The notes beneath the pieces are model-generated. The model did not search any database, was not told the DNA's origin, and worked only from the letters and a program-made list of their open reading frames with translations. This document shows, piece after piece, positions 45,854-54,952 of a stretch of DNA of 64,000 bases (within the stretch, counting starts at the first letter, position 1; each line of letters starts with the position of its first letter). The stretch is taken from sequence record PP408249.1. The stretch is one strand, 5' to 3'. Both the position numbers and the translations under genes were made by a program.

Positions 45854-46123
45854 ATGTCTACGAACAGCAATGCCAAGGATGTTAAGTTCGAAATCGACTT
45901 CGACGACGTTGAGCAGTTTAATAAATTTGTTTCTTTTATGAACAGTCAGTTTGGTCATGGTAGAAAAAATTGGTCGGCAGGATCGCCGCGGTATTCTATT
46001 AAACGGATTCTCTCGCAGCGTTCTGCCCGGTTTGTTAGAACTAAAAAACCGTTTCCTGTTCGTGTGTACAATACCGACATGGATGCTGAGCATATTCTTG
46101 TTCTAATAAAACTTTGTTTATAA
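45854..46123 (+). CDS. hypothetical protein
   Basis: 89 aa, higher GC than neighbours. Confidence 0.6.
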   Translation: MSTNSNAKDVKFEIDFDDVEQFNKFVSFMNSQFGHGRKNWSAGSPRYSIKRILSQRSARFVRTKKPFPVRVYNTDMDAEHILVLIKLCL

Positions 46124-46137
46124 TAAAAGGTAAGGGA

Positions 46138-46398
46138 ATGAAAGTATTAGTCACGGAAGACTCAACAATAATACCACTAAACACAATTGCTGAAGTTAAG
46201 TACCAAAAATCCACAGAAGAGTATGTAGTTTCTTTTATATCTGGAAAAATTAGAATAGAAATTCTAACAAAATATGGGCGTACTCATATAGTAAATTTAA
46301 GGGATCAATCGAATATAGATGCATCATTTGCTACTGCTAGTGATGAAGTTATTTATAAAAAATTTCTAGATTCGTGGATTTTGTCGCTGAAACCTTAG
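46138..46398 (+). CDS. hypothetical protein
   Basis: ATG 46138 after AAGGG. Confidence 0.55.
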   Translation: MKVLVTEDSTIIPLNTIAEVKYQKSTEEYVVSFISGKIRIEILTKYGRTHIVNLRDQSNIDASFATASDEVIYKKFLDSWILSLKP

Positions 46399-46418
46399 GC
46401 AACTTTTTGAAAAGAAAG

Positions 46419-46631
46419 ATGCTAAAAATTACAATTAAATCTGATTATAATAATACAAGAAAAATTAGAAAATGGCTATTTACTGAATTTAGAAGTGATA
46501 TAGGGTGGCACGACACGTTTAAAGACGGTGAACGATACGAAGTATTTTATTTTAATTCACCCGAATCTGAAATAATAGCTAGGATAAAATATCCATATAT
46601 ATTTATTAATGGAATATCAGAAAGAACATGA
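46419..46631 (+). CDS. hypothetical protein
   Basis: ATG 46419; weak similarity to the small W...F.F family. Confidence 0.5.
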   Translation: MLKITIKSDYNNTRKIRKWLFTEFRSDIGWHDTFKDGERYEVFYFNSPESEIIARIKYPYIFINGISERT

Positions 46632-46963
46632 AAAAATTATATTCCGATTATTTAGTATCCGAAGATAATCCCTTGATGTACATGAGCACTAAACCTGTTT
46701 ATTATAGTAGATGGTCGCCTGCTTGTAAGGATTATTCTAATGACGAAATAGATTCATATAGAAGAAAAATAGATAATATAATAAAAGATATGCGGCGGAC
46801 TTCTGAATTTGTTGGAGTAGCTGTAGACGCCCATGACTTCAAATATATTGCTTTTAAGAATCATGACGATGCTGTGTATTTTACACTAAGTGTTGGATCT
46901 GAATTTACTAGAGTATATGTATGGCGCACTGGTTTACTTTTTCATATAACGACAAATGACTAA
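46628..46963 (+). CDS. hypothetical protein
   Basis: YIAFKNHDDAVYFTL resembles the small-family motif. Confidence 0.55.
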   Translation: MKKLYSDYLVSEDNPLMYMSTKPVYYSRWSPACKDYSNDEIDSYRRKIDNIIKDMRRTSEFVGVAVDAHDFKYIAFKNHDDAVYFTLSVGSEFTRVYVWRTGLLFHITTND

Positions 46964-47258
46964 ACACTGGGACCTATCAAAGTATTCTGTAGATATAGGC
47001 GGCGAAGACGGAAATGTATTTTTCCTTGTGGCAAAAATAAAACGAATAATACAAGAATTATATTCTACAGAAGATTCTATAATATTTACTAAAATGGCTT
47101 GGTTTAAAGATTATGAAGCCATTGGTATCGATGCGAAACCGACATACTCAGATATACTAAACAGAATTATAGAACTTACAAATATTACCTACATTAGTAC
47201 ATATAAATTGCCACTAGACGACGTACATTATACGCTTTATACTACGCATATACTTTAA
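46956..47258 (+). CDS. hypothetical protein
   Basis: 100 aa; GEDGNVFFL motif. Confidence 0.55.
   Translation: MTKHWDLSKYSVDIGGEDGNVFFLVAKIKRIIQELYSTEDSIIFTKMAWFKDYEAIGIDAKPTYSDILNRIIELTNITYISTYKLPLDDVHYTLYTTHIL
47215..47243 (+). promoter_or_regulatory. sigma70-like promoter
   Basis: TAGACG-17-TATACT upstream of 47282. Confidence 0.45.
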
Positions 47259-47281
47259 TAACCCGCCGCTGGAGACATGCA

Positions 47282-47782
47282 ATGGCAACTGTGAACCAAA
47301 AAAATACTTCTGTAAATGCCCAAAATACCGATGCAAATGCAGATCCACTAGCGCACCGCAAGGTAATCGGGGAAAAAGAGAAAAAAGCTATTGCTCGTAA
47401 AATGCGAGTAATGCGACTGAAATATTTTTTCGCCGAATTAAAGGAAAAAATTTGCAGTATTCGTTTTACTAAACATCATCTAATTCATTGGCGAAATACT
47501 ATGTGGCTCAACGCTGCATTTTTTCTCCGCGGCTTGATAGGGATTATGACCTTCGGCCTAGTTGAGCTAGAACTAACTGGCAAACCGTCTACTTACCGAG
47601 CTGTTTCTGCTGCTGTGCTCCGAGAGAACCTAGAGCGACAGCTAGCAGAGACAGAAGCATATAAGTCCGGAGAACAAGTCCTAGTAGGTACTAGTAGTTC
47701 GGATTCAAAACGGCAAACAGTTGCCGATGCGAGCGAAGATGAGTTGGACGACTGGCTTAAGCACTTTTCCGGACGCAGCTAA
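47282..47782 (+). CDS. hypothetical protein
   Basis: GGAG SD, higher GC, followed by a terminator. Confidence 0.7.
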   Translation: MATVNQKNTSVNAQNTDANADPLAHRKVIGEKEKKAIARKMRVMRLKYFFAELKEKICSIRFTKHHLIHWRNTMWLNAAFFLRGLIGIMTFGLVELELTGKPSTYRAVSAAVLRENLERQLAETEAYKSGEQVLVGTSSSDSKRQTVADASEDELDDWLKHFSGRS

Positions 47783-47797
47783 GACCTGCATAGTTGT

Positions 47798-47827
47798 AAA
47801 AGGGCACTTGACAAGTGCCCTTTTTTT
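47798..47827 (+). terminator. intrinsic terminator with TTGACA at its apex
   Basis: AAAAGGGCACTTG-A-CAAGTGCCCTTTTTTT. Confidence 0.85.
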
Positions 47828-47837
47828 GCCATATAAT
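47808..47837 (+). promoter_or_regulatory. sigma70 promoter overlapping terminator
   Basis: TTGACA-18-TATAAT. Confidence 0.65.
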
Positions 47838-47857
47838 ATAGGAAAAGGAATTTCTAT

Positions 47858-48154
47858 ATGATTAACGGCGATTGGTCTAAATTAACAGATGAAGAATTAC
47901 AGTCTAGATTGATGAAAGCAAGGGAATATTTAAATCAAGCACATATGGCTGGCCATCATACCTTAATACACAGTGTAGAAATAACACTGGCACAACTAGA
48001 AGAAGAATACGAATACAGGATGACCAAGGCACGTAATGAGCAATTAACAAAAGAAAATATGGCAAAAGGTATAGATCCCCTCGCTCCTATTAATTTAGGT
48101 AAAGTATCGGGCGACCCAACTGCATTAGACCGTATAACAAAAAGGAACAAATAA
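47858..48154 (+). CDS. hypothetical protein
   Basis: 98 aa coiled-coil, AAGGA SD. Confidence 0.65.
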   Translation: MINGDWSKLTDEELQSRLMKAREYLNQAHMAGHHTLIHSVEITLAQLEEEYEYRMTKARNEQLTKENMAKGIDPLAPINLGKVSGDPTALDRITKRNK

Positions 48155-48862
48155 ATGTTTGCTGACGTACAAGGGTTTTATTCTTTTAAAAGAAAATTTA
48201 AAACACACGTTCTTACTTCTGTATTGAAAGAAACTGAATGGGAAATTATAATTGGATTCGTTCCTGCAAAGGATGCAAGCAACGGAGAAGATTTAATTGA
48301 TTTTGAAGTTCAAAAAAATATAATAGATTACTGGATTTCTAATTACGTAGAAGGCAGTATTATCGTCGATATGAGCGATACTAGAATTTCTATGTTGTAT
48401 GATATAGCAGAAAATAACATAATAGGTGTTCCTAGTTTTCCTAAAGATTTAAAAACGCTAGCAATGGTTTTTCATTCTAAGATTTCATCTATAACAGATG
48501 GCAAGCTATCTATAGGTGACATTATTATATCAGACGATAGTAATTTTAGTTACACATTCGGAAAACATGTAGATGAAATATACGATCTTCCTACAATAGA
48601 CGATATGTTTCCTAACGAAGATGAAAAACCCATATGGGACGTGCCGTGGTGGGATAGGGTCGATGTAGATACATTTGATTATGTTCCTGATTTAGAAAAT
48701 CGTACATTAGAAGAAGTACAAATGTCTGTTTGTACAAGACATGTGTTAAATGATATTAACGATAAGTTCGAAGCTGCAATAAAAGAAGAATTAGGTATAA
48801 ATGTAGAAACTGAAGACAATGTTATAGACATAGTTGATGTTTTAAATGAACGACAAATATAA
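48155..48862 (+). CDS. hypothetical protein, possible degenerate QueD-like T-fold
   Basis: LIDF...WISNYVEGSIIVD...PSFPKDLKTLA aligns by eye with QueD VTDF...FIDDVIDHKFIID...FVPTAENLA; no His ligands. Confidence 0.45.
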   Translation: MFADVQGFYSFKRKFKTHVLTSVLKETEWEIIIGFVPAKDASNGEDLIDFEVQKNIIDYWISNYVEGSIIVDMSDTRISMLYDIAENNIIGVPSFPKDLKTLAMVFHSKISSITDGKLSIGDIIISDDSNFSYTFGKHVDEIYDLPTIDDMFPNEDEKPIWDVPWWDRVDVDTFDYVPDLENRTLEEVQMSVCTRHVLNDINDKFEAAIKEELGINVETEDNVIDIVDVLNERQI

Positions 48863-49355
48863 TAGAAAAGAAATAACTATATCAACAGGCATAAATATCC
48901 TTTTGCAAGGGAACCAGCTGGGAGATCCACTCTTTGTTGACAACGAAGACATAAACAAGTATAATATGCACGTAGAACAAGTGTTAGGGTTGCATAAACT
49001 TAATACGACGAAACACTTAACTTGTTCTGTTGATGAATTTCATGAAAAAATGTCTTCAGAATGGTTTATGCCACCGGAATTTAAAAATATAGATATAGAT
49101 TCTTTTATATTAAATTTATGTGACACTGATGCACAAAAAGAAAGAGTATTAATGGAACTGAAACTCTTTCAAGAACGCGGTTTATACAATATGCTAAGAT
49201 TTATGATATATTTTGTATCATATATGAGGGAAAATTGCCTTATCTGGGGTGTGGGTCGCGGGTCTAGTGTTGCGTCTTATGTATTATTTTTAATAGGCGT
49301 GCATAAAGTAGATTCACTAAAATATAATTTAGATATAAAAGAATTTCTAAAATAA
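48846..49355 (+). CDS. family C (DnaE-like) DNA polymerase, N-terminal palm/thumb half
   Basis: ERVLMEL, IWGVGRGSSVASYVLFLIGVHKVDSLKYNLDIKEFLK matches DnaE [33 protein letters not shown]. Confidence 0.85.
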   Translation: MNDKYNRKEITISTGINILLQGNQLGDPLFVDNEDINKYNMHVEQVLGLHKLNTTKHLTCSVDEFHEKMSSEWFMPPEFKNIDIDSFILNLCDTDAQKERVLMELKLFQERGLYNMLRFMIYFVSYMRENCLIWGVGRGSSVASYVLFLIGVHKVDSLKYNLDIKEFLK

Positions 49356-49367
49356 AAGGAGTTAATT

Positions 49368-49709
49368 ATGCAAAAAAAATCTAACAATGGCGTATTAGTA
49401 GATATGGATTCACTCCGTATTCAAAATGAAAATGTAGTTGCAGTGGGAAACATGAATGTTAACGCAAAAGGCGACAAGTTGGGTCCAGGCGGCGAAATTA
49501 TAGAAACTGCTGCTGAGCGAGTTCACAGATACCATTCTGAACACCAAACAGAAACTGCAACAGCTTCTATCAAACCTAATCTAGATGAAGAAGATGAGCA
49601 CGAAGAAGTAGTACAACCTAAAAAAGTTACAAAAGAAAAACGTAAGAAAGAAATTATAGACGACGAAGGGAATATTACTATAGCAGAAGATAGTAATAAA
49701 GATATTTAA
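49368..49709 (+). CDS. hypothetical protein
   Basis: AAGGAG SD; NMNVNAKGDKLGPGG motif. Confidence 0.7.
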   Translation: MQKKSNNGVLVDMDSLRIQNENVVAVGNMNVNAKGDKLGPGGEIIETAAERVHRYHSEHQTETATASIKPNLDEEDEHEEVVQPKKVTKEKRKKEIIDDEGNITIAEDSNKDI

Positions 49710-49710
49710 A

Positions 49711-50037
49711 ATGAATATAATACCACTCCATAACAATATTATTGTAACTAATTTTAAAAAAGGCGAACGCACTGTAGGCGGTATTATTTTTACAGATGAT
49801 AACGGTAAGTCACACGGCATCCGCGCTCGGTGGGCACAAGTATCCCATATAAGAGAAGATCAAAAAGATACATTTGTTGTAGGCCAATGGGTGTTAATTA
49901 AGCATGGTCGCTGGTCCCGTCCAGTACACACTACAGATCAAAATGTATATTACTGTGCTGAAATAGATTCTATTTTATTGGTATCCGATGAAGAGCCAGA
50001 AGACAATATAATAGTAGAAACACGAGTTTATAATTAA
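49711..50037 (+). CDS. groES: GroES-like co-chaperonin (gp31-like role)
   Basis: IIPLHNNIIV, ERTVGGII mobile loop, VGQWVL, IDSILLV. Confidence 0.75.
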   Translation: MNIIPLHNNIIVTNFKKGERTVGGIIFTDDNGKSHGIRARWAQVSHIREDQKDTFVVGQWVLIKHGRWSRPVHTTDQNVYYCAEIDSILLVSDEEPEDNIIVETRVYN

Positions 50038-50050
50038 GGCATAATATCTA

Positions 50051-50980
50051 ATGAAAGAATTATGGACAGAAAAATATCGTCCTAAAAAAGTAGAAGATTA
50101 CGTATTTACTAGTGAACAACAAAAGAAGCAAGTACAAAGTTGGATAGACAATAAAAGTATTGGAAATCTTTTGCTTACTGGTACACCTGGTGTAGGCAAA
50201 ACTACTTTAGCTAGGTTACTGTTAAATGAATTAGGAGTAATGGATGCCGATTGTCTGTTCATTAACGCATCTAGAGATAACGGTGTAGATTTTATTAGGG
50301 ACACAGTTAGTGGGTTTGCTTCTACATTACCGTTCGGCGATTTTAAATATATTATACTAGATGAGTGCGACCATTTAAGTATAAATGCACAAGCAACACT
50401 TCGTGGAATATTAGAGCAATATTCAAATTCTTGTAGATTTATTCTTACAGGTAATTATCAAAATAAAATTATCCCTGCATTACATAGTCGTTGTCAGAGT
50501 TTCCACGTAGAAAAAGTAGATGAAGTCGAATTTACTACACGAATGGCGACTATACTTTTAAATGAAGGCATTAGTTTTGAATTAGAAGTGTTAGACGATT
50601 TCGTAAAATCTACGTATCCTGATCTTAGAAAATGCATTAATGTACTTCAGCAGAATACAACTAGTGGTGTATTAGAAATACCGCAAGCATCTAGTGTAAC
50701 AACAGAAGATTATAAGATTAGTGCAATTGCTCTGTTTAAAAATGGAAAATATTCCGAAGCAAGGCAACTTATATGTAAACAAATACGACAAGAAGAGTAT
50801 GATGATATGTATAGGTTTATGTATGATAATTTAGATCTTTGGGGTGACACTGATGATCAAAAAGATAGTGCAATTCTTATTATTAGAAATGGTCTATCTA
50901 AACACTCATTAGTTGCTGATCCGGAAATAAACTTATCGGCAACAATTATAGAACTAGAACGAAACAGACGAGGACTTTAA
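50051..50980 (+). CDS. clamp loader large subunit (gp44/RFC-like)
   Basis: WTEKYRP, GTPGVGKT, NASRDNG, LDECD, ALHSRC, DLRK. Confidence 0.92.
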   Translation: MKELWTEKYRPKKVEDYVFTSEQQKKQVQSWIDNKSIGNLLLTGTPGVGKTTLARLLLNELGVMDADCLFINASRDNGVDFIRDTVSGFASTLPFGDFKYIILDECDHLSINAQATLRGILEQYSNSCRFILTGNYQNKIIPALHSRCQSFHVEKVDEVEFTTRMATILLNEGISFELEVLDDFVKSTYPDLRKCINVLQQNTTSGVLEIPQASSVTTEDYKISAIALFKNGKYSEARQLICKQIRQEEYDDMYRFMYDNLDLWGDTDDQKDSAILIIRNGLSKHSLVADPEINLSATIIELERNRRGL

Positions 50981-50981
50981 T

Positions 50982-51344
50982 ATGGTTTCATCTAAACGAG
51001 CATACATTGTACTGACTCATCGATATTCACTAAAGAAATACACTAAAGACCAATGGGAAGTAACAGAAGAATGTGCATTTCTTAATAAATTGCCGAATTC
51101 TGTATTGCTTCAATCGTCTGTTATTTTAGATGCAAAGGCAGAAACTGTATATAAAAATAGAACAGAAGGCAATGCGTCATATAACGAAATTGCAAAATAT
51201 GTTGCTGAAAAATATCCCATTCAGTTTGGGCAATTTTATAGCCTTTTAGGTAAAGAGAATCCGTTTGCAATAAAAGAATCAAATACTGCCAACGAAGAAA
51301 CTACAGAACCCGAAATTAGCGAGACAGAATCTAGTGAGCAATAA
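50982..51344 (+). CDS. hypothetical protein
   Basis: 120 aa ORF. Confidence 0.65.
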   Translation: MVSSKRAYIVLTHRYSLKKYTKDQWEVTEECAFLNKLPNSVLLQSSVILDAKAETVYKNRTEGNASYNEIAKYVAEKYPIQFGQFYSLLGKENPFAIKESNTANEETTEPEISETESSEQ

Positions 51345-51930
51345 TCTTATACTAGTAGATGTTGATGGTGTACTTTTAAAATGGTATCCCGAATTTTTAA
51401 ATTTTTTGAAATCTAAAAACCTTATACCGCAAGATAGTAATATTGTTGCATCTACGTATGATATGGCATCTGACTTAAAATTAGATAAAGATGCTATTAA
51501 TGAACTTATATTAGAGTTTAATAATTCTAGTGTAATGCGATATCTGTCTCCCATGGATAACGCAGTAGATGCTATTAATAAATTAAAAGATAAAGGATTT
51601 AGTTTTGTTGCCATTAGTAGCTTAAGTGGGAAAGAACATGCACTAGATAACAGAAAATACAATATCTCTGAAGTATTCGGCAAAGAAGTGTTTGATGAAG
51701 TCCACTGCATAGAGCCCGGACTAAGTAAAGAAGAATTGTTAAAGAAATATTCTAAAGATGCAATTCTCTGGATAGAAGACCATCCGGGTAACGCAGAATT
51801 AGGTCATAAACTCGGTATAAGAACTGTTCTTGCACTTCATCCTCATAATACAAATGTAAAAACTTCTAAAAATATTATAAGGATTGATATAGACAAACTT
51901 TGGACCGAAATAGAAAATATTGTAAACTAA
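51334..51930 (+). CDS. HAD-family 5'(3')-deoxyribonucleotidase-like
   Basis: DVDGVL, SK, WIEDH. Confidence 0.82.
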   Translation: MSNNLILVDVDGVLLKWYPEFLNFLKSKNLIPQDSNIVASTYDMASDLKLDKDAINELILEFNNSSVMRYLSPMDNAVDAINKLKDKGFSFVAISSLSGKEHALDNRKYNISEVFGKEVFDEVHCIEPGLSKEELLKKYSKDAILWIEDHPGNAELGHKLGIRTVLALHPHNTNVKTSKNIIRIDIDKLWTEIENIVN

Positions 51931-51932
51931 CA

Positions 51933-51966
51933 AAAATAAAACCCTAACTAGTTAGGGTTTTATTTT
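51933..51966. terminator. perfect 34-bp palindrome / terminator
   Basis: AAAATAAAACCCTAACT|AGTTAGGGTTTTATTTT. Confidence 0.8.
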
Positions 51967-51984
51967 GGGTTTAATAATTAGACA

Positions 51985-52014
51985 AAATAAAAGGGGCATA
52001 TGCCCCTTTTATTT
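51985..52014. terminator. perfect 30-bp palindrome / terminator for phoH
   Basis: AAATAAAAGGGGCAT|ATGCCCCTTTTATTT. Confidence 0.8.
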
Positions 52015-52786
52015 AATTAATGTCCTTATACATTTCTAAGATATCTTCAATTAGTGGATGACGTTTAATATCCTTTGAAGTAAATTTAATGACACTTATG
52101 TGTTTATTGCCGCCTGCTCTATCGAGTCTTTCTAAGAAATCTTTTAGTCCATTTACTTCGAAGCCCCGATCGTGTTGCTCTATATCGCCAGTAACTATCA
52201 TTTTACAATTCTCACCTATTCTTGAAAAAAGCATTTTAGACATGTTAGGCGTTGTATTCTGTATTTCGTCTGCTAATATAACACAATTTTTAAATGTTCT
52301 GCCTCTCATATATGCAAGGGGAGCAATTTCTATAATTTCTTCCATAAGCATTTGTTCTATTTCGACAGGGGAATAATATTCTTTAAACACATCCATTATT
52401 GGTATTACCCAAGGAGCCATTTTATCTATTAGCGTGCCTGGCAAAAAACCGTGTTCTTCGTCTACTGATACTGCTGGCCTAGTAATTACAATCTTATCGC
52501 ATTTACCTTCTTTATATGCTTTAATTGCATACATAGATGCTAGTAATGTTTTTCCAGATCCTGCTGGACCTGTTGCAAATACAATGTGCTGTGTATCGTC
52601 TTCTAATGCGTTTACATATTCTTCTTGTGCTAAGCTTTTTGGTATTAGCTTAACTTCTTGTTTTCTTTGTATAGATCTTACTTGTTTAGTATTAGTAGAC
52701 GGCTGAACAACATTGTTAGTTACTAGATGAAAGGTACTGTTAGGACCTTCGCTTGCTCGAGCTTTGCGCTTATCACGTTGTTTCAA
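52013..52786 (-). CDS. phoH: PhoH-like ATPase
   Basis: GPAGSGKT, ITRPAV, GFLPG, LAYMRGRT, DEIQN, GDIEQHD, RHPL. Confidence 0.95.
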   Translation of the reverse strand: MKQRDKRKARASEGPNSTFHLVTNNVVQPSTNTKQVRSIQRKQEVKLIPKSLAQEEYVNALEDDTQHIVFATGPAGSGKTLLASMYAIKAYKEGKCDKIVITRPAVSVDEEHGFLPGTLIDKMAPWVIPIMDVFKEYYSPVEIEQMLMEEIIEIAPLAYMRGRTFKNCVILADEIQNTTPNMSKMLFSRIGENCKMIVTGDIEQHDRGFEVNGLKDFLERLDRAGGNKHISVIKFTSKDIKRHPLIEDILEMYKDIN

Positions 52787-52950
52787 AAGTATGACTCCTG
52801 GTTAAAATCTTATTTTTAGTGTGATAATATGTATAAAGACCTAATCTTTACATTGTTATTTATGTGTGTTATTATACATTAAGACTTAAGAAAAATCTAC
52901 ATCTAATTTTAAATATTAAGATTAATGTGTAGATAAATATAATATATTAT

Positions 52951-53484
52951 TTGGATAGTAAAATGAACAAACACAATGCAGATACTGCTAGAGAGAATTT
53001 AGTTCAAATAGCAGGAAATAATAAAGTATTAGATATGCTCATAGAATTAGAAAAAACATTAGATAACTGTAATGTTTTTTCTTATGCAAATTGGAATAAA
53101 GGAGAATTAGTTGCCGGACCCTTTATTTCTAGATATTGGGTTACTACTACCTGGATGTACAATGAAAAAGATATGCCAGATCCCGATGCAGGATTGCGTT
53201 TACTAAAATACGGTTGCAAAGTAAAGTACGAAAGGGATGTTTTTTTAGAACCAAAAAAAGTAACAGGTAGACCTGACTACGAAAACCCATCCACTAAACA
53301 AGCAAAAATAGAAGAATTGCCTATTTGGTTAGTGACAATAACTATGCCTAGGAAATTTATAGACGAAGCAATAATAGATGGCATGCAGGATTTCTCTAAC
53401 GTAGATGATATAGATCCTAGTGCAATAGCTGATGTAGAAGCAGCAGGCGAAAACGGAATAAACGATGTAGATGGAAATCTATAA
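52951..53484 (+). CDS. hypothetical protein
   Basis: GATAAATA at 52932; start TTG 52951 or ATG 52963. Confidence 0.7.
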   Translation: MDSKMNKHNADTARENLVQIAGNNKVLDMLIELEKTLDNCNVFSYANWNKGELVAGPFISRYWVTTTWMYNEKDMPDPDAGLRLLKYGCKVKYERDVFLEPKKVTGRPDYENPSTKQAKIEELPIWLVTITMPRKFIDEAIIDGMQDFSNVDDIDPSAIADVEAAGENGINDVDGNL

Positions 53485-53513
53485 AATTATTCCATATTAT
53501 AAAGGGGTATATA

Positions 53514-54215
53514 ATGTTAGCTAGACACTCATTAAAAGGAACCGTATTACCTATAATTTCGGTGGATGAGTATATGCCTAAATCTGGAACACAGGAAGAA
53601 GTTATAGTCATTGCATTCTATACCATTGACGAAGACCCTGCGTTTGATTTAGACGATTTTATAGAAAAAAGTTTTATAGAAGTATTAGATGTCGATGTAA
53701 GTCCCAATCCCGACGAAAACGGAAATTATTTAGTATTTGTAGAATTAAAAAGAAAAGCAGGCTTCTTTGAAAAATTTTACAAGATTATAAAAGATGTAGA
53801 AAATGTGTCTGGAAAGCAAGACTGGTTAGTTAAAGCATATCTTTGTAACGAATTACTACCATACGATGACGAAAGACTATTAGATTATATAATATTACTA
53901 GATGACGAAGAAGCATCAATAACAGAAAGTGTAATATCTATGCTTACTGACAGTGATATATCTTCTGCTCACATAGATGATTCTAGAATATACATATCTA
54001 ATTCTCATAGAACAGTAAGTTTTGAGCCATTGTATATAGGCGAAAAAGCATTTAATAGTTTAAAACTAAATGAATGTGCTATAGAACTATCTAATGTAGA
54101 TAGTAATGTTGCTTTATTATCGGCATTTTTAGGTAAAAAATGGGAAGTATATAAACTAAACGAATATATAATACTTCAACACCAATCTAAGCAACCTATT
54201 ATAGCCAAATTATAA
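53514..54215 (+). CDS. hypothetical protein
   Basis: AGGGG SD, 233 aa. Confidence 0.7.
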   Translation: MLARHSLKGTVLPIISVDEYMPKSGTQEEVIVIAFYTIDEDPAFDLDDFIEKSFIEVLDVDVSPNPDENGNYLVFVELKRKAGFFEKFYKIIKDVENVSGKQDWLVKAYLCNELLPYDDERLLDYIILLDDEEASITESVISMLTDSDISSAHIDDSRIYISNSHRTVSFEPLYIGEKAFNSLKLNECAIELSNVDSNVALLSAFLGKKWEVYKLNEYIILQHQSKQPIIAKL

Positions 54216-54219
54216 TCAA

Positions 54220-54246
54220 AAAGCACTTATTTTCGATAAGTGCTTT
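54220..54246. terminator. hairpin/terminator
   Basis: AAAGCACTTAT-TTTCG-ATAAGTGCTTT. Confidence 0.55.
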
Positions 54247-54253
54247 AACTATC

Positions 54254-54943
54254 ATGAAGAATTGGCAAACAATCCTTGGCGTATCTGCTAATCCCACAGA
54301 AAAACAGATAAAGACTGCATACAGAAAACTTGCATCAAAATATCATCCTGACAGAAATAAAGATAAAGATGCAGAAAACATGTTTAAACAAGTAAGGGAA
54401 GCATACGAATATGCAATAAAATGGATTTCTATTAAAACAGAACAATACACAGATACAGTATATATTCCATTAAAATACCAAAATAAAGGCGGCAAATTCA
54501 AGACATCTAATCATAAATTTATTATAGAAATTCCGCCACATTTCCCTCATAATTCACAAAAAATAATAATAGTAAACAATTCTATATTATTAGTTACTGT
54601 AATATTCATACATGATACATTTTCTATAGCTCAAAATGGCATAGATGTATATGCAACTATTTCTGTAGAAAGTCTCGACATAATTATGGGCACAGAAATA
54701 ATAGTTGAGCATCCGTACGGAAATAAGATAAAAGTAGGTATACCTACATCATTTGTATCTGGATCTAAAATACTAGTGAAGAATAAAGGTATTAAGAATA
54801 CATATACAGTAAACAATATTTTAGAAACCATAACAGGTCATTTGTATATAACTGTCAACATGTTCACAAAAGTTCGTTTGACTAAAAGCAGCGATACTAG
54901 TATACTACTAACGTACAAAGCAAAACCATACACAATCTCGTAA
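54254..54943 (+). CDS. DnaJ/CbpA-like J-domain co-chaperone
   Basis: [21 protein letters not shown] (HPD), C-terminal DnaJ_C-like region with GHLYI. Confidence 0.88.
   Translation: MKNWQTILGVSANPTEKQIKTAYRKLASKYHPDRNKDKDAENMFKQVREAYEYAIKWISIKTEQYTDTVYIPLKYQNKGGKFKTSNHKFIIEIPPHFPHNSQKIIIVNNSILLVTVIFIHDTFSIAQNGIDVYATISVESLDIIMGTEIIVEHPYGNKIKVGIPTSFVSGSKILVKNKGIKNTYTVNNILETITGHLYITVNMFTKVRLTKSSDTSILLTYKAKPYTIS
54878..54906 (+). promoter_or_regulatory. sigma70 promoter for clpA inside the J-protein 3' end
   Basis: TTGACT-17-TATACT. Confidence 0.65.
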
Positions 54944-54952
54944 GGGGTACAC

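Noticed and set aside
1362-46374. Longest-ORF starts at 1362, 15129, 33899, 35775, 41597, 46114, 46374
   Set aside because: They create long overlaps or run through terminators/promoters; downstream starts with SD or motif support were preferred
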